Shown here: piece after piece, positions 30,711-40,127 of the stretch | Position numbering within the stretch: the stretch's first letter is position 1 | How the letters are laid out: the number at the start of each line of letters is the position of its first letter | Origin: Clostridia bacterium | GTDB taxonomy: Bacteria > Bacillota > Clostridia > RUG12999 | Assembly: GCA_045644605.1 (NCBI GenBank) | Contig: JAZRHB010000068.1 | Coordinates: forward strand, 1 to 59,286 | DNA: 59,286 nt | Direction: 5' to 3' | Notes under the pieces: model-generated | Seen by the model: the letters and a program-made list of their open reading frames with translations, nothing else | Database searches by the model: none | What the model was told of the DNA's origin: nothing | Program-made: the position numbers and the translations under genes

Positions 30711-31061
30711 TCAAAATTCGTCCAGCCCAAAGCTTATTCCCAAAGCTTTGTCCACACCATTCATAAGGTCATCACTCAGGCGTCCGATTTTTTCACGTAG
30801 CCTTTGTTTGTCTATAGTACGGATTTGTTCAAGCAGAATTACTGAATCTTTATTAAGTCCGTAATTTTCTGCTCCTATTTCAATATGCGTCGGCATTTTT
30901 GCTTTGTTAATCTGCGAGGTAATAGCCGCCGCAATAACCGTAGGACTGTATTTATTTCCAACGTCATTCTGGACAATAAGCACAGGCCGCACGCCACCCT
31001 GTTCAGAACCGATTACAGGGCTTAAATCCGCATAGTAGATGTCCCCTCGTTTTACTATCAT
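30711..31061 (-). CDS. ndoA: MazF/EndoA-type endoribonuclease toxin
   Basis: [33 protein letters not shown]...PTHIEI...[17 protein letters not shown] closely resembles Bacillus EndoA. Confidence 0.93.
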   Translation of the reverse strand: MIVKRGDIYYADLSPVIGSEQGGVRPVLIVQNDVGNKYSPTVIAAAITSQINKAKMPTHIEIGAENYGLNKDSVILLEQIRTIDKQRLREKIGRLSDDLMNGVDKALGISFGLDEF

Positions 31062-31064
31062 GTT

Positions 31065-31337
31065 TTATTCACACTCCGCCAGTTTTTCCTCGTAGCGGTC
31101 AAGGGCTTCCTGATCCGCATCAAAACATATTTCGGCGAGTTTGAGATTGAGTTTTCCCATTTCCGTATACCCTTTTTTAAGGTCCTGCCGTAATTTTCTC
31201 TCTTCTTTTTTTACAAAATCCTCGGCAGCTTCTCTTAAAATCTTAGTGCGGCTTGTGCCCTTTTTATTTGCAATGGCGTCAAGCTTTTTAAGCAAGGGGT
31301 CCGGAAGACTAAACAATATTTTTTTCAGCTGCGGCAA
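31065..31337 (-). CDS. ndoAI: RHH (CopG-type) antitoxin EndoAI
   Basis: KKILFSLPDPLLKKLDAIANKKGTSRTKILREAAEDF. TTG start at 31337 lies 8 nt after GGGGG. The stop is 3 nt before the toxin ATG. Confidence 0.8.
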   Translation of the reverse strand: MPQLKKILFSLPDPLLKKLDAIANKKGTSRTKILREAAEDFVKKEERKLRQDLKKGYTEMGKLNLKLAEICFDADQEALDRYEEKLAECE

Positions 31338-31463
31338 GCTTCATGCCCCCTTTTTAGTTTAATATAAGTCCCGGCATAATCTTGTTTTAAAATTTCCACA
31401 GCGGGTATAAATAAATTATACAACACTTTTATGTAAAAATCAATTACAATTTACACCAAACTA

Positions 31464-32627
31464 TTAAACAAGCTGATTTAAAATATCGGTTATTTCCCCG
31501 TTTTTTAAATATACTCTGGGCACACGTTTGCCCACGTCACATACAATCTCGTAATTAATGGTTCCTATAATGCCGGCAAGAGTATCCGCACTGACGCACT
31601 TGCCGTCGGCACAGCCCATAATGATTACTTCATCGCCTACATTAACATTATTCACATCAGTTACGTCAATCATACACTGATCCATACAAACTTTTCCAAC
31701 AATATTCGCATACTTGCCGCCGATTATTACCTTTCCTTTATTGGATAACAGTCGGGAAAGTCCGTCCGCATATCCTATAGGCAGGGTTGCAATTTTCATT
31801 TCTTTTTCGGCTTCATATGTTCCACCGTAACTGATTTTTTCACCCTTACATATACATTGTATGCGGGAAACCACAGTTTTTATACTCATAGCGGGTGTCA
31901 AATTTATAAGATTTCTGTCAAAATTCTCCGACGGATAAAGTCCGTATACAATTATTCCCACACGCACCATATCAAGGTGCATAGACTTAAATTTCGCTGT
32001 TGCGGCACTGTTGCTCGCGTGGTGAACGGGGATTTTTTTGCCGCATTTTTCCTCCAGCTTATTTACAAAATCCGTATATTTTTCAAACTGTTTTTTTGTA
32101 AGTTCATCTTCATTTTCGTCTGCACAGGGGAAATGTGTGAATATCCCTTCCGCAAACAGATTTTTCATATTCATTATTTCTGCCGCTTCATCGACAGATG
32201 ATGTTTCAAACCCTATTCTGTTCATACCAACATTTATTTTTATATGAACCTTTGCGGTTTTGGAAATGCGTGCAGCTACAGCGTCAAGCGCCTCCGCATC
32301 CTCAAGTCTGAACACCGTCAGCGTAACGTCGTTATTTACCGCATCTTCATACTCGCCTTCGGGTGTGTATCCGAGAACGAGTATGGGTGCATTTATACCA
32401 AAGTTTCTTATTTCAAGAGCTTCGTTAACACAACTTACTGCAAGATAGTCCACACCTGCATCAAGCACGGTTTTAGCCGTCATTTTAACGCCGTGACCGT
32501 AGCCGTCGGCTTTTACACTTGCCATTATTTTAACGCTGTCGCCCACAATTTTTCTTATTTCGGCAATATTGGCGGAAATTGCATCCACATCAACCTCTGC
32601 CCAGGTTCTTTTTACAAAAGTTTTCAT
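31464..32627 (-). CDS. alr: Alanine racemase
   Basis: The PLP-lysine motif ASVKADGYGHG and the overall Alr layout. Lies immediately upstream of ndoAI-ndoA, as in Bacillus. Confidence 0.95.
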   Translation of the reverse strand: MKTFVKRTWAEVDVDAISANIAEIRKIVGDSVKIMASVKADGYGHGVKMTAKTVLDAGVDYLAVSCVNEALEIRNFGINAPILVLGYTPEGEYEDAVNNDVTLTVFRLEDAEALDAVAARISKTAKVHIKINVGMNRIGFETSSVDEAAEIMNMKNLFAEGIFTHFPCADENEDELTKKQFEKYTDFVNKLEEKCGKKIPVHHASNSAATAKFKSMHLDMVRVGIIVYGLYPSENFDRNLINLTPAMSIKTVVSRIQCICKGEKISYGGTYEAEKEMKIATLPIGYADGLSRLLSNKGKVIIGGKYANIVGKVCMDQCMIDVTDVNNVNVGDEVIIMGCADGKCVSADTLAGIIGTINYEIVCDVGKRVPRVYLKNGEITDILNQLV

Positions 32628-32639
32628 CTTAAGAATATC

Positions 32640-32760
32640 CCCCTTGTAAGCCGAGGGGAATCAAACCCCACAAGCCTTAAACTTGTTAAATTTTATTCTT
32701 GCAACTTGTCGTCCTTGCAAGGCGTCAGCCTTGCTTCGTCCTTCGCATTCCAATTATATA
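32640..32760 (-). promoter_or_regulatory. Structured GC-rich region upstream of alr (alternative hairpins plus an anti-SD)
   Basis: Minus strand: GCAAGGC-TGAC-GCCTTGC (32734-32717) competes with CTTGCAA-N10-TTGCAAG (32721-32698). CCCCT (about 32658-32654) can pair with the SD AGGGG (32645-32641). Confidence 0.35.
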
Positions 32761-32825
32761 AAATTTTCCTGCGTTTAAGGTCGAAGAGTTTAAAACCTTT
32801 AAATTTTGATGAAAGACAAAGAAAA

Positions 32826-32875
32826 TTCAAAAACAATACTGGCGTATGTTTGCAGAATTTTCTGCAGTATTACGC
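32826..32875 (-). terminator. Putative terminator after the ydcC-like gene
   Basis: Minus strand: GCGTA..TGCAGA-AAAT-TCTGCA..TACGC, followed by a T-rich run. Confidence 0.4.
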
Positions 32876-32922
32876 AAAATTTATGGTTTTAAACCTTGTG
32901 TGTTTGACTCCCATCGGCTTAG

Positions 32923-33519
32923 TTAGCTTATTTGAAAAAGCTCATCTCCCAGTTCGGGATTTATTTTAAATTCCGTATATTCGATTTTTGAATAGGTTTT
33001 TCCGTCACGTCCTTTTATTTCAAGACACAGCGGTTTCATTTGCACAGTGTCAAGCATCAGTTTTGCTTCGGCTTTATAATGATTGGAAAGACCTGTATCA
33101 ACGGTTAAAGTAACCACTTCATCATCACTTGATGAAACAGATGCCGTCACATCCTCATTACGATAATATGCTTCAAAAAAGTTCTGCAAAAACATAAAAT
33201 CTCCTTCATCAATATCAAGCCTTTCAAGCTTAAACGGAGAAGATGTGCCGTTTCCTTTTACTATTGCAAAGTCGCCGTTTATTACCGTAATAACACCGCC
33301 CGACTCACTGCGCATTTTATCGGGTGATTTATAATACTGCTTCATTTCATAAGTATTTGTATTATTATTGGAATATGTAGTAAGGCGTACTATCGCCGAA
33401 TAGCTCTGCATTCCTGCAAAGGTATTGTAAATTCTTTTGCTTGTGTCAAGCTCGGGGCGCATAACAGAGCACGCCGAGCATACTATCATAAGTATAACAG
33501 GCAAAATTATTTTTTTCAT
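32923..33519 (-). CDS. LolA-fold lipoprotein (YdcC-like)
   Basis: Lipobox in MKKIILPVILMIVCSAC|S. ATG 33519 follows GGAGG. Position upstream of alr matches B. subtilis ydcC. Confidence 0.7.
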   Translation of the reverse strand: MKKIILPVILMIVCSACSVMRPELDTSKRIYNTFAGMQSYSAIVRLTTYSNNNTNTYEMKQYYKSPDKMRSESGGVITVINGDFAIVKGNGTSSPFKLERLDIDEGDFMFLQNFFEAYYRNEDVTASVSSSDDEVVTLTVDTGLSNHYKAEAKLMLDTVQMKPLCLEIKGRDGKTYSKIEYTEFKINPELGDELFQIS

Positions 33520-33562
33520 AAAGCCTCCTGAATAGATTTTTTCTCTAATCAGGAACAAAGGA

Positions 33563-34528
33563 TTACTGTTCCGGATTTTTTATCCTTTGAAGTGCCGTCG
33601 CCACACATTTTGCAGTATCCGTCGGCAGCATTCCCATCCGCCCGATTTGTCTGGCTGCAATATCGCCCGCAAGACCGTGTACATACACACCCGCCACAGC
33701 CGCATCTTTTACAGACATTCCGCGCGCCATAAATGCGCCGATAATCCCCGAAAGAACGTCACCGCTGCCGCCGGTTGCCATACCGGGATTTCCCGTGGAA
33801 TTAACATATGTGCTGCCATCCGGCGCAGCAGTTACCGTGCCGGCACCTTTCAGCACCATTGCCACATTATATTCTGCGGCAAAGCTTTTTGCAAGCTTTA
33901 TACGATTGTTTTGCACATCTTCCGTACTGATGCCGAGAAGACGTGCCGCTTCTCCGGGATGCGGCGTAAGTACCACCTTGCCGCCGGAGTTCTTTAATAT
34001 ATCTATATTCCCGCAAAGCGCATTTATGCCATCGGCATCTATTACCACGGGAACATCTTTTTTAATCACATATTCTACTATTTTATATATATCCTCGCCT
34101 CTGCCAAGTCCGGGACCTATTACATATGCATCCGCCACTACAGAGTCAATTGCCTTTTTTGCCGCATCAAAAGTAAGGCTGTTTTCACAAGCCGCAGGTA
34201 CCGTCATTGCTTCGGTAAGCTTTATTTCCATAATTGTATTAAGGTTGTCGGGAATTACAACCGACACAAGCCCCGCACCGCTTCGAAGTGCACCAAGTGC
34301 CGAAAGCGTTGCCGCCCCCGTCATCCCTTTGCTGCCTGCAATAATGCAAAGTCTGCCCATAGAGCCTTTATGTTCATCCGCCGCCATATCGGGAATCATA
34401 TCCGCAATATCTTCTTCATCGGGATAAAAGCATTTTGTCTCCGCAGGTACAAAATCAAGCGGTGCAAAAACAATTTCTCCCGCAGATGTTTTTTCTTTCA
34501 TTTCTTTTGAAGAAACAAGTTCAAGCAT
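33563..34528 (-). CDS. nnrD: ADP-dependent NAD(P)H-hydrate dehydratase (YjeF C-terminal domain only)
   Basis: KGSMGRLCIIAGSKGMTGAATLSALGALRSGAGLV...GGSGDVLSGIIGAF. Confidence 0.9.
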   Translation of the reverse strand: MLELVSSKEMKEKTSAGEIVFAPLDFVPAETKCFYPDEEDIADMIPDMAADEHKGSMGRLCIIAGSKGMTGAATLSALGALRSGAGLVSVVIPDNLNTIMEIKLTEAMTVPAACENSLTFDAAKKAIDSVVADAYVIGPGLGRGEDIYKIVEYVIKKDVPVVIDADGINALCGNIDILKNSGGKVVLTPHPGEAARLLGISTEDVQNNRIKLAKSFAAEYNVAMVLKGAGTVTAAPDGSTYVNSTGNPGMATGGSGDVLSGIIGAFMARGMSVKDAAVAGVYVHGLAGDIAARQIGRMGMLPTDTAKCVATALQRIKNPEQ

Positions 34529-34529
34529 T

Positions 34530-35051
34530 TTATTCTCCTGTTATTACCACGCTCGGTCTGTACTTTTTAAACGCATCAATAAGCTCATCACCAGGATTGA
34601 AAAGCACCCTTACCTTACCCACATCGTGACGTTCGGTAATAAGATAATAAAGTCTGTCATTTTCATCTTTTGTTGAGCAGTTAAGTGTTTTATACGTGCC
34701 GCTGTACGGATGGCTGATAGGTGCCATAAGCTCAAGCTCCATTTTTGATATGGTGATAACCCTGCCGCGCCTTGAACCCGCAATAATCATATCTATATCA
34801 AGTGTGCCTTCCGTAAAAATATATTCATATTCCACTGTTTTTGATTTTATAAGGCGTACAATGCACCACCATACTGCCGCAAGCAGCACAAGGAAAACAT
34901 AGCCGAGATACCGAAGAGCAAACCCGAAATAAAGTGCCATTGGTGTAAATACAATACCGCATACGACAAGCAAGATGCTTGTCCATACATCCTTGCTCGT
35001 TTTTTTTCGTTTTATAAGCTGCTCAACAAAAATACCGTCCATTCTTATCAC
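34530..35051 (-). CDS. Hypothetical membrane protein
   Basis: Two TM segments near the N-terminus, then a soluble C-domain. The stop abuts the nnrD start. Confidence 0.5.
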   Translation of the reverse strand: MIRMDGIFVEQLIKRKKTSKDVWTSILLVVCGIVFTPMALYFGFALRYLGYVFLVLLAAVWWCIVRLIKSKTVEYEYIFTEGTLDIDMIIAGSRRGRVITISKMELELMAPISHPYSGTYKTLNCSTKDENDRLYYLITERHDVGKVRVLFNPGDELIDAFKKYRPSVVITGE

Positions 35052-35141
35052 CTTTTTACAAATTCATATATATATTATATCACGTTTATTTTACATAAAC
35101 AACAATTTTTTTAAATAATTAACATTTTTTTAAAAAAATAC

Positions 35142-35170
35142 TTGCATTACTGGAATTTTTGTGTTATAAT
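35142..35170 (+). promoter_or_regulatory. Sigma-A promoter of rpsT (extended -10)
   Basis: TTGCAT (35142-35147), 17-nt spacer, TGtTATAAT (35162-35170). Confidence 0.6.
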
Positions 35171-35207
35171 ACATTTTACGTATTATTGTATGAGAGGTGA
35201 AAACGCA

Positions 35208-35471
35208 ATGCCTAACATTAAATCGGCTAAAAAAAGAGTTAAGGTAATACAGACAAAAACTTTAAGAAACCAGATGATTAAATCTGCTCTTAAAACTTCT
35301 ATTAAATCTTTTGAAACTGTTGCTTTAAGCGGTGATAAAGCAAAAGCTGAAGAAAGCTTTAAATTAGTTGTTAAGAAGATTGACCAGGCTGTTTCCAAAG
35401 GTGTATTGCACGCTAACACTGCAGCCAGAAAAAAATCCAGATTAGCAAACGTATTAAATAAAGTTGGATAA
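35208..35471 (+). CDS. rpsT: 30S ribosomal protein S20
   Basis: MPNIKSAKKRVKVIQTKTLRNQ...HANTAARKKSRL. ATG 35208 follows GAGAGGTGA. Confidence 0.93.
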   Translation: MPNIKSAKKRVKVIQTKTLRNQMIKSALKTSIKSFETVALSGDKAKAEESFKLVVKKIDQAVSKGVLHANTAARKKSRLANVLNKVG

Positions 35472-35557
35472 TTAAAGATAAGACCCCACCCAACAGCGCA
35501 ATCGAAGATTGCGGTTTGGGTCCCGGGAACCTTGTTGTATTCTACAATAAACATGAA

Positions 35558-35587
35558 AATAGGCATATTTACATATGCCTATTTTTT
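35558..35587 (+). terminator. Intrinsic terminator downstream of rpsT
   Basis: AATAGGCATAT-ttac-ATATGCCTATT followed by TTTT. Confidence 0.7.
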
Positions 35588-35602
35588 GATTTGGGTGAAT
35601 TT

Positions 35603-36250
35603 ATGTATAAATGTTGTATATTTGATATGGACGGCACTCTTGCCGATACCATACATTCAATTGCATATTTCGGGAATAAAGCACTTGCTGAAATAGGCTT
35701 GCCGCCTATTGATACTGAAACCTATAAAATCCTTGTGGGTAACGGAGCCGAAACACTTATCCATCGTGCGCTCGACCATTATGGATGCGATACAAAAGAA
35801 AATTTCGATAAGGTTTTTCCGAAATATAAATCGGATTATGATGCTGATTTTATGTATCTTACAAGGCCGTATGACGGAATTATGGAGCTTCTTAAAGAAC
35901 TTAAAGCCCGCCAGATTAAAACCGCTATTCTTTCAAACAAACCCCATTCTACAGCCAAAAAGGTTTCAAATATTATGTTCGGTGACGAGCTGATTGACAT
36001 TTGCCGTGGCGAAACCCCCGAAGTGCCGATAAAGCCCGACCCGAAAGGACTTTTCCTTTTGCTTGAAGAGTTCTCCTGCAAACCCGAAGAATGTATCTAC
36101 ATAGGCGATACAGGAACAGACGTCGCAACAGGAAAAAGTGCAGGTGCATTTACCATAGGTGTTTTATGGGGATTTAGAAAAAAAACCGAGCTTGAAAATG
36201 CGGATGCAATCATTTCTCATCCGTCAGAAATCCTTACTTTTCTTGACTGA
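35603..36250 (+). CDS. HAD-IA hydrolase (phosphoglycolate phosphatase-like)
   Basis: CCIFDMDGTLADT motif I, SNK motif, and IYIGDTGTDVATG motif IV. ATG 35603 lies after the terminator, so the track start at 35516 is unlikely. Confidence 0.8.
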   Translation: MYKCCIFDMDGTLADTIHSIAYFGNKALAEIGLPPIDTETYKILVGNGAETLIHRALDHYGCDTKENFDKVFPKYKSDYDADFMYLTRPYDGIMELLKELKARQIKTAILSNKPHSTAKKVSNIMFGDELIDICRGETPEVPIKPDPKGLFLLLEEFSCKPEECIYIGDTGTDVATGKSAGAFTIGVLWGFRKKTELENADAIISHPSEILTFLD

Positions 36251-36296
36251 TTATCATTTTTTCCGGCCCCGCCGCGTATAGTTTAATATAAAAACT

Positions 36297-36330
36297 AAAA
36301 CTGCCTTTTTGCTTTTGCAAAAGGCAGTTT
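36297..36330 (+). terminator. Hairpin after the HAD gene
   Basis: CTGCCTTTT-N9-AAAAGGCAG, followed by TTT. Confidence 0.55.
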
Positions 36331-36350
36331 CTTGTAAAGGGGTGTTCATT

Positions 36351-36602
36351 TTGAATAAAAGTGCAGATTTCCGCAATAAAGAGGTTATAAATATTTCCGA
36401 CGGCAAACGCCTTGGGTTTGTGAGTGATGTGGATATAAATTTTGAAAAAGGTACGGTTGAGGCTATTATTGTACCAGGCCCGTCAGGGTTTGTGAATTTT
36501 TTTACCGGCGGACGTGACGATTATGTTATTCCCTGGAATAATATCCAGAAAATAGGAGACGATATTATACTCGTAAACTTCAGTACCTCTTACAAACGGT
36601 AA
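36351..36602 (+). CDS. YlmC/YmxH-family PRC-barrel sporulation protein
   Basis: FRNKEVINISDGKRLGFVSDVDINFEKGTVEAIIVPG...IPWNNIQKIGDDIILV. TTG 36351 lies 6 nt after GGGGTG. The track start lies inside the terminator. Confidence 0.8.
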   Translation: MNKSADFRNKEVINISDGKRLGFVSDVDINFEKGTVEAIIVPGPSGFVNFFTGGRDDYVIPWNNIQKIGDDIILVNFSTSYKR

Positions 36603-36689
36603 TTGACAAAATATGCCGCTTATGATAAACTTATTATATTAATTCAATTTTTATTTTTTCTTTATATAACCCCCATTGGAGGACAAATT

Positions 36690-38012
36690 ATGAATATTAC
36701 CGATTTAAGTGTTTCCCAGCTGCGTGAGCTTGCAAAAGAGCGTGGTCTCAAAGGTATAAGCGCACTTAAAAAAGACGAGCTTATTACCCTTCTTGAAAAT
36801 ACCGACCCGATTTCTTCCGAAACTGTTTCCGAACCCACCGAGGATAAAAAACAGCTTTTTGATGTGAATAAAACCGAGGCAAACGTTAACGGAATTCTTG
36901 AAGTTCTTGCCGACGGATACGGATTTGCAAGGGGTGCAAACTGTCTTGATGATGGCAGCGACGTTTATGTTTCCCCCGCAATGATAAGAAAATATTCTCT
37001 CAAAACGGGAGATAAAATTACAGGCTATGCCGTAAAGCGTGAGGGCGAGAAATTTGAAGCTCTGATTTATATCAAAAGCGTTAACGACGAGCGTCCCGAT
37101 TCAATACGCAGTCGCAAACCGTTCGAATCGCTTGTTCCGGTATATCCCGACGAAAGACTTCGTCTTGAAACCGACTCTAAAAACTATGCAATGCGTATTG
37201 TAGACCTTATTTCTCCCGTGGGAAAAGGTCAGCGCGGTCTTATTGTTGCACCGCCGAAAGCCGGCAAAACAACCCTTCTTAAACAGATTGCAAAAAGTAT
37301 GCTTGCCAACAATAAAGACATTCATATGATTGTCCTTCTTATAGACGAACGTCCCGAAGAGGTTACGGATATGCAACATTCAATTGAAGGTGCGGATGTG
37401 GTATATTCAACCTTTGATATGCCGCCCGAAAACCATGCAAAAGTGGCTGAGCTTGTTCTTGAACGGGCACAAAGACTTGTTGAGCACGGCAAGGATGTTG
37501 TTCTTCTTCTTGACAGTATTACCAGGCTTGCACGTGCATATAACATAACCGGTCAGGCAAGCGGAAGGTCGCTTTCCGGCGGTCTTGATGCCGGTGCACT
37601 GTATAAACCAAAAAAATTCTTTGGTGCGGCACGTAACATAAAAGGCGGCGGCTCTCTTACCATTCTTGCAACCGCTCTTATCGAAACCGGCAGCCGTATG
37701 GATGACGTTATTTTTGAGGAATTCAAAGGTACGGGTAATATGGAGCTTCATCTGGACAGACATATGTCCGAGCGCCGTATATTCCCTGCTATTGACATAT
37801 TCAAATCAGGCACAAGAAAAGAAAATCTTCTTATGCCATACGAAGAACTTAATGCCGCTTGGAATATAAGGCGGGCATTCGGCGGCGGTGCAAGTCCCGA
37901 GGTTACGGAATATATCATCAACAAGATTATAAACACCAAAAATAACGACGAGTTTGTCAAGGTTATAAATGACGAGCTCAAACATGAAAAGTTTTCCAGA
38001 AACGGGAGGTAG
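36690..38012 (+). CDS. rho: Transcription termination factor Rho
   Basis: Rho_N ([17 protein letters not shown]), RNA-binding domain ([14 protein letters not shown]), Walker A PPKAGKT, and IDERPEEV. Confidence 0.95.
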   Translation: MNITDLSVSQLRELAKERGLKGISALKKDELITLLENTDPISSETVSEPTEDKKQLFDVNKTEANVNGILEVLADGYGFARGANCLDDGSDVYVSPAMIRKYSLKTGDKITGYAVKREGEKFEALIYIKSVNDERPDSIRSRKPFESLVPVYPDERLRLETDSKNYAMRIVDLISPVGKGQRGLIVAPPKAGKTTLLKQIAKSMLANNKDIHMIVLLIDERPEEVTDMQHSIEGADVVYSTFDMPPENHAKVAELVLERAQRLVEHGKDVVLLLDSITRLARAYNITGQASGRSLSGGLDAGALYKPKKFFGAARNIKGGGSLTILATALIETGSRMDDVIFEEFKGTGNMELHLDRHMSERRIFPAIDIFKSGTRKENLLMPYEELNAAWNIRRAFGGGASPEVTEYIINKIINTKNNDEFVKVINDELKHEKFSRNGR

Positions 38013-38017
38013 GAATC

Positions 38018-39157
38018 ATGAAAAAAGTAATATCTGTTTTACTGGTTTTAACTATCCTTGTTTCCGGACTTTGTGTTATTGCAGCACCAAAAGCAGAGGA
38101 TTTTACCGCAAAGGCGGCAATTCTTATGGAAGCATCAACCGGTAAAATTCTTTACGAATATAACAAAGACGAAAAGCTTGCAATGGCAAGCATAACAAAG
38201 CTTATGCCACTTCTTATAACAATGGAAAAGCTGGATGCAGGCGAACTTACTCTTGATACGCCCATTACAGGTTCACCCAAAGCAAAAGAGGCAGGCGGAA
38301 GCACCATTTTCCTTGATGTAGGCGAAAAAATGGCGCTTAATGACATAATAAAAGGAATATGTATTGCAAGCGGAAACGATGCAACCATTGCCCTTGCCGA
38401 AACCCTTGCGGGAAGTGAAAATGATTTTGTTTCACTTATGAATCAAAAAGCTTCTGAGCTTGGAATGACAAATACAAACTACGTAAATGTAACGGGGTTT
38501 GATGCGGATTATCATTACACAAGTGCATACGATACCGCCCTTCTTGCAAAAGAAATCATCACAAAGCATCCCGAAGTTTTAAACTATACTACCATCCGCG
38601 AAGAATGGCTGCGCGGAAACCGCACACAGCTTATAAATACAAACCGTCTTTTGTCCACATATCAGTATACAACCGGACTTAAAACAGGGACGGAAACAAA
38701 TGCCAAATACTGCGTTGTTGCAACCGCTAAAAAGGATAATATGGACCTGATTGCCGTAATACTCGGCGCTGAGGATACGAGTGCAAGATTTTCAGAAGCA
38801 AAAATGCTTTTGCAGTACGGATATTCGGCATACGAGCTTTGTCATCCGGTTGAGGATAATGAGCTTGTAGGCACAGTTACCATAAATAAAGGCGCAAAAG
38901 ACAGTGTAAACGCAATAATTTCAAACCCCGTCGGCGTTGTTGTGCCGAAAACATATTCGGATAATATAAAAAAGGAAGTAACTCTTTTTAAAGATGTACC
39001 CGCACCTGTACAAGCAGGCGATATAATAGGCGAAATGGTTATTTCCGCTGCAGATGAGCCTGTTACAACCATGCCTGTTGTCGCCGCGGAGGATGTAAAT
39101 AAACTTACATTCTGGCAGGCAATATGGAAAATCTTTACGGCCGTTTTTCAGTTTTAA
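38018..39157 (+). CDS. Serine-type D-Ala-D-Ala carboxypeptidase (PBP5 family)
   Basis: Signal peptide, then SITK (SxxK), SGND (SxN) and KTGT motifs. Confidence 0.9.
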   Translation: MKKVISVLLVLTILVSGLCVIAAPKAEDFTAKAAILMEASTGKILYEYNKDEKLAMASITKLMPLLITMEKLDAGELTLDTPITGSPKAKEAGGSTIFLDVGEKMALNDIIKGICIASGNDATIALAETLAGSENDFVSLMNQKASELGMTNTNYVNVTGFDADYHYTSAYDTALLAKEIITKHPEVLNYTTIREEWLRGNRTQLINTNRLLSTYQYTTGLKTGTETNAKYCVVATAKKDNMDLIAVILGAEDTSARFSEAKMLLQYGYSAYELCHPVEDNELVGTVTINKGAKDSVNAIISNPVGVVVPKTYSDNIKKEVTLFKDVPAPVQAGDIIGEMVISAADEPVTTMPVVAAEDVNKLTFWQAIWKIFTAVFQF

Positions 39158-39162
39158 GGCAT

Positions 39163-39191
39163 AAAAAAGCACCTCGATTGAGGTGCTTTTA
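39163..39191. terminator. Bidirectional terminator between convergent genes
   Basis: AAAAAAGCACCTC-gatt-GAGGTGCTTTT. Confidence 0.75.
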
Positions 39192-39192
39192 T

Positions 39193-40056
39193 TTATCTTT
39201 TATCTGCGTAGAAGAATACTGCCATTGTGCCCGGGCCGGAATGTGCTCCGATTGACGGGTCAAGAATGATAATTCTTACATCCTCTACACCCATTGCATT
39301 AAGCTGTGCTTTTACTTTTTCAGCTTCTTCGAGGCAGTCACCGTGTGTTATAAACACAGTCTGGTTTTTATCCGCTCCCATTTCTTCAAACTTGCTTGCG
39401 ATTGTGCTTAAGGATTTTTTACGGCCCATAACCTTGCCTTTAACAACAAGCTTACCATTGTCATCAACGCGCATTACAGGTTTAACACTGAGCATTTCAC
39501 CGAATGTTGCGGAGGCACGGCTTACTCTGCCGCCGCGCATAAGGAAGAACAAATCGTCAACAGTAAACCAGTGGTTCATGCGGAGTTTATTATCTTCAAC
39601 CCACGCTGCAACCTCATCAATTGATTTTCCTTCTGCTTTCATTTTTGCAGCATCCCATACAAGCATACCGCCGCCGATACTTGCAGAAAGAGTGTCGATT
39701 GTAATGATTTTTCTGTCGGGATATTTATCCTCAATCATACTTTTTGCAATTGTTGATGCCTGATATGTTCCCGAAATTCCGCTTGAAAGACCGATGTAAA
39801 GAACATCCTCGCCGTTTGCAAGTGCCGTTTCAAAAGCTGTTGCAAATTCATCGGCATTTACAAGTGATGTTGTTATCTGCTCCTTATTTCGCATTTTATC
39901 ATAGAACATTTTAAGATCAATAGTTGTGCCTTTTTTATAGCTTACATATTCTTTGTTATCAACAGTAAACTTAAGTGATACAACTTCTATACCATATTCT
40001 TCATACATTTCGCGTGTAAGGTTTGACCCGTTATCCGTAAATATTCTGTAACTCAT
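39193..40056 (-). CDS. DegV-family fatty-acid-binding protein
   Basis: MSYRIFTDNGSNLT...YIGLSSGISGTYQ...HGDCLEEA. ATG 40056 follows GGAGGT. Confidence 0.9.
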   Translation of the reverse strand: MSYRIFTDNGSNLTREMYEEYGIEVVSLKFTVDNKEYVSYKKGTTIDLKMFYDKMRNKEQITTSLVNADEFATAFETALANGEDVLYIGLSSGISGTYQASTIAKSMIEDKYPDRKIITIDTLSASIGGGMLVWDAAKMKAEGKSIDEVAAWVEDNKLRMNHWFTVDDLFFLMRGGRVSRASATFGEMLSVKPVMRVDDNGKLVVKGKVMGRKKSLSTIASKFEEMGADKNQTVFITHGDCLEEAEKVKAQLNAMGVEDVRIIILDPSIGAHSGPGTMAVFFYADKR

Positions 40057-40085
40057 AATTACCTCCATACAATCTAATATATTAT

Positions 40086-40126
40086 ATTATATTATATCAT
40101 AATTCGCATGTCAATAGGTAATTTGA
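40086..40126 (-). promoter_or_regulatory. degV promoter with a shared 17-nt motif over the -35
   Basis: Minus strand: TTGACA (40114-40109), 17-nt spacer, TATAAT (40091-40086). The motif gtcaataggtaatttga (40110-40126) recurs at 41096-41112. Confidence 0.5.
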
Positions 40127-40127
40127 T

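Noticed and set aside
30711-31337. MazF/RHH toxin-antitoxin pair, considered as an accessory defence island.
   Set aside because: It sits in the conserved alr-linked chromosomal position, as Bacillus ndoAI-ndoA does, with host-like composition and no mobility genes. It is a known core-genome module.
32650-32672. ccgaggggaatcaaaccccacaa, considered as the 3' half of a minus-strand tRNA gene.
   Set aside because: It has only a T-arm-like stem-loop. There is no acceptor, D or anticodon arm, and no CCA context. I treat it as part of the structured alr upstream region.
32244-32969. 241-aa plus-strand ORF.
   Set aside because: It is antisense to the well-supported alr gene and runs on through the structured spacer. 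It has no SD and no recognisable motif.
35485-35522. Strong interrupted hairpin (CCCAA..CGCAATC-GAA-GATTGCG..TTGGG) right after the rpsT stop.
   Set aside because: There is no U-tract, and a canonical terminator follows at 35558-35587. It is probably an mRNA-stabilising or accessory 3' structure, and I have no evidence for more.
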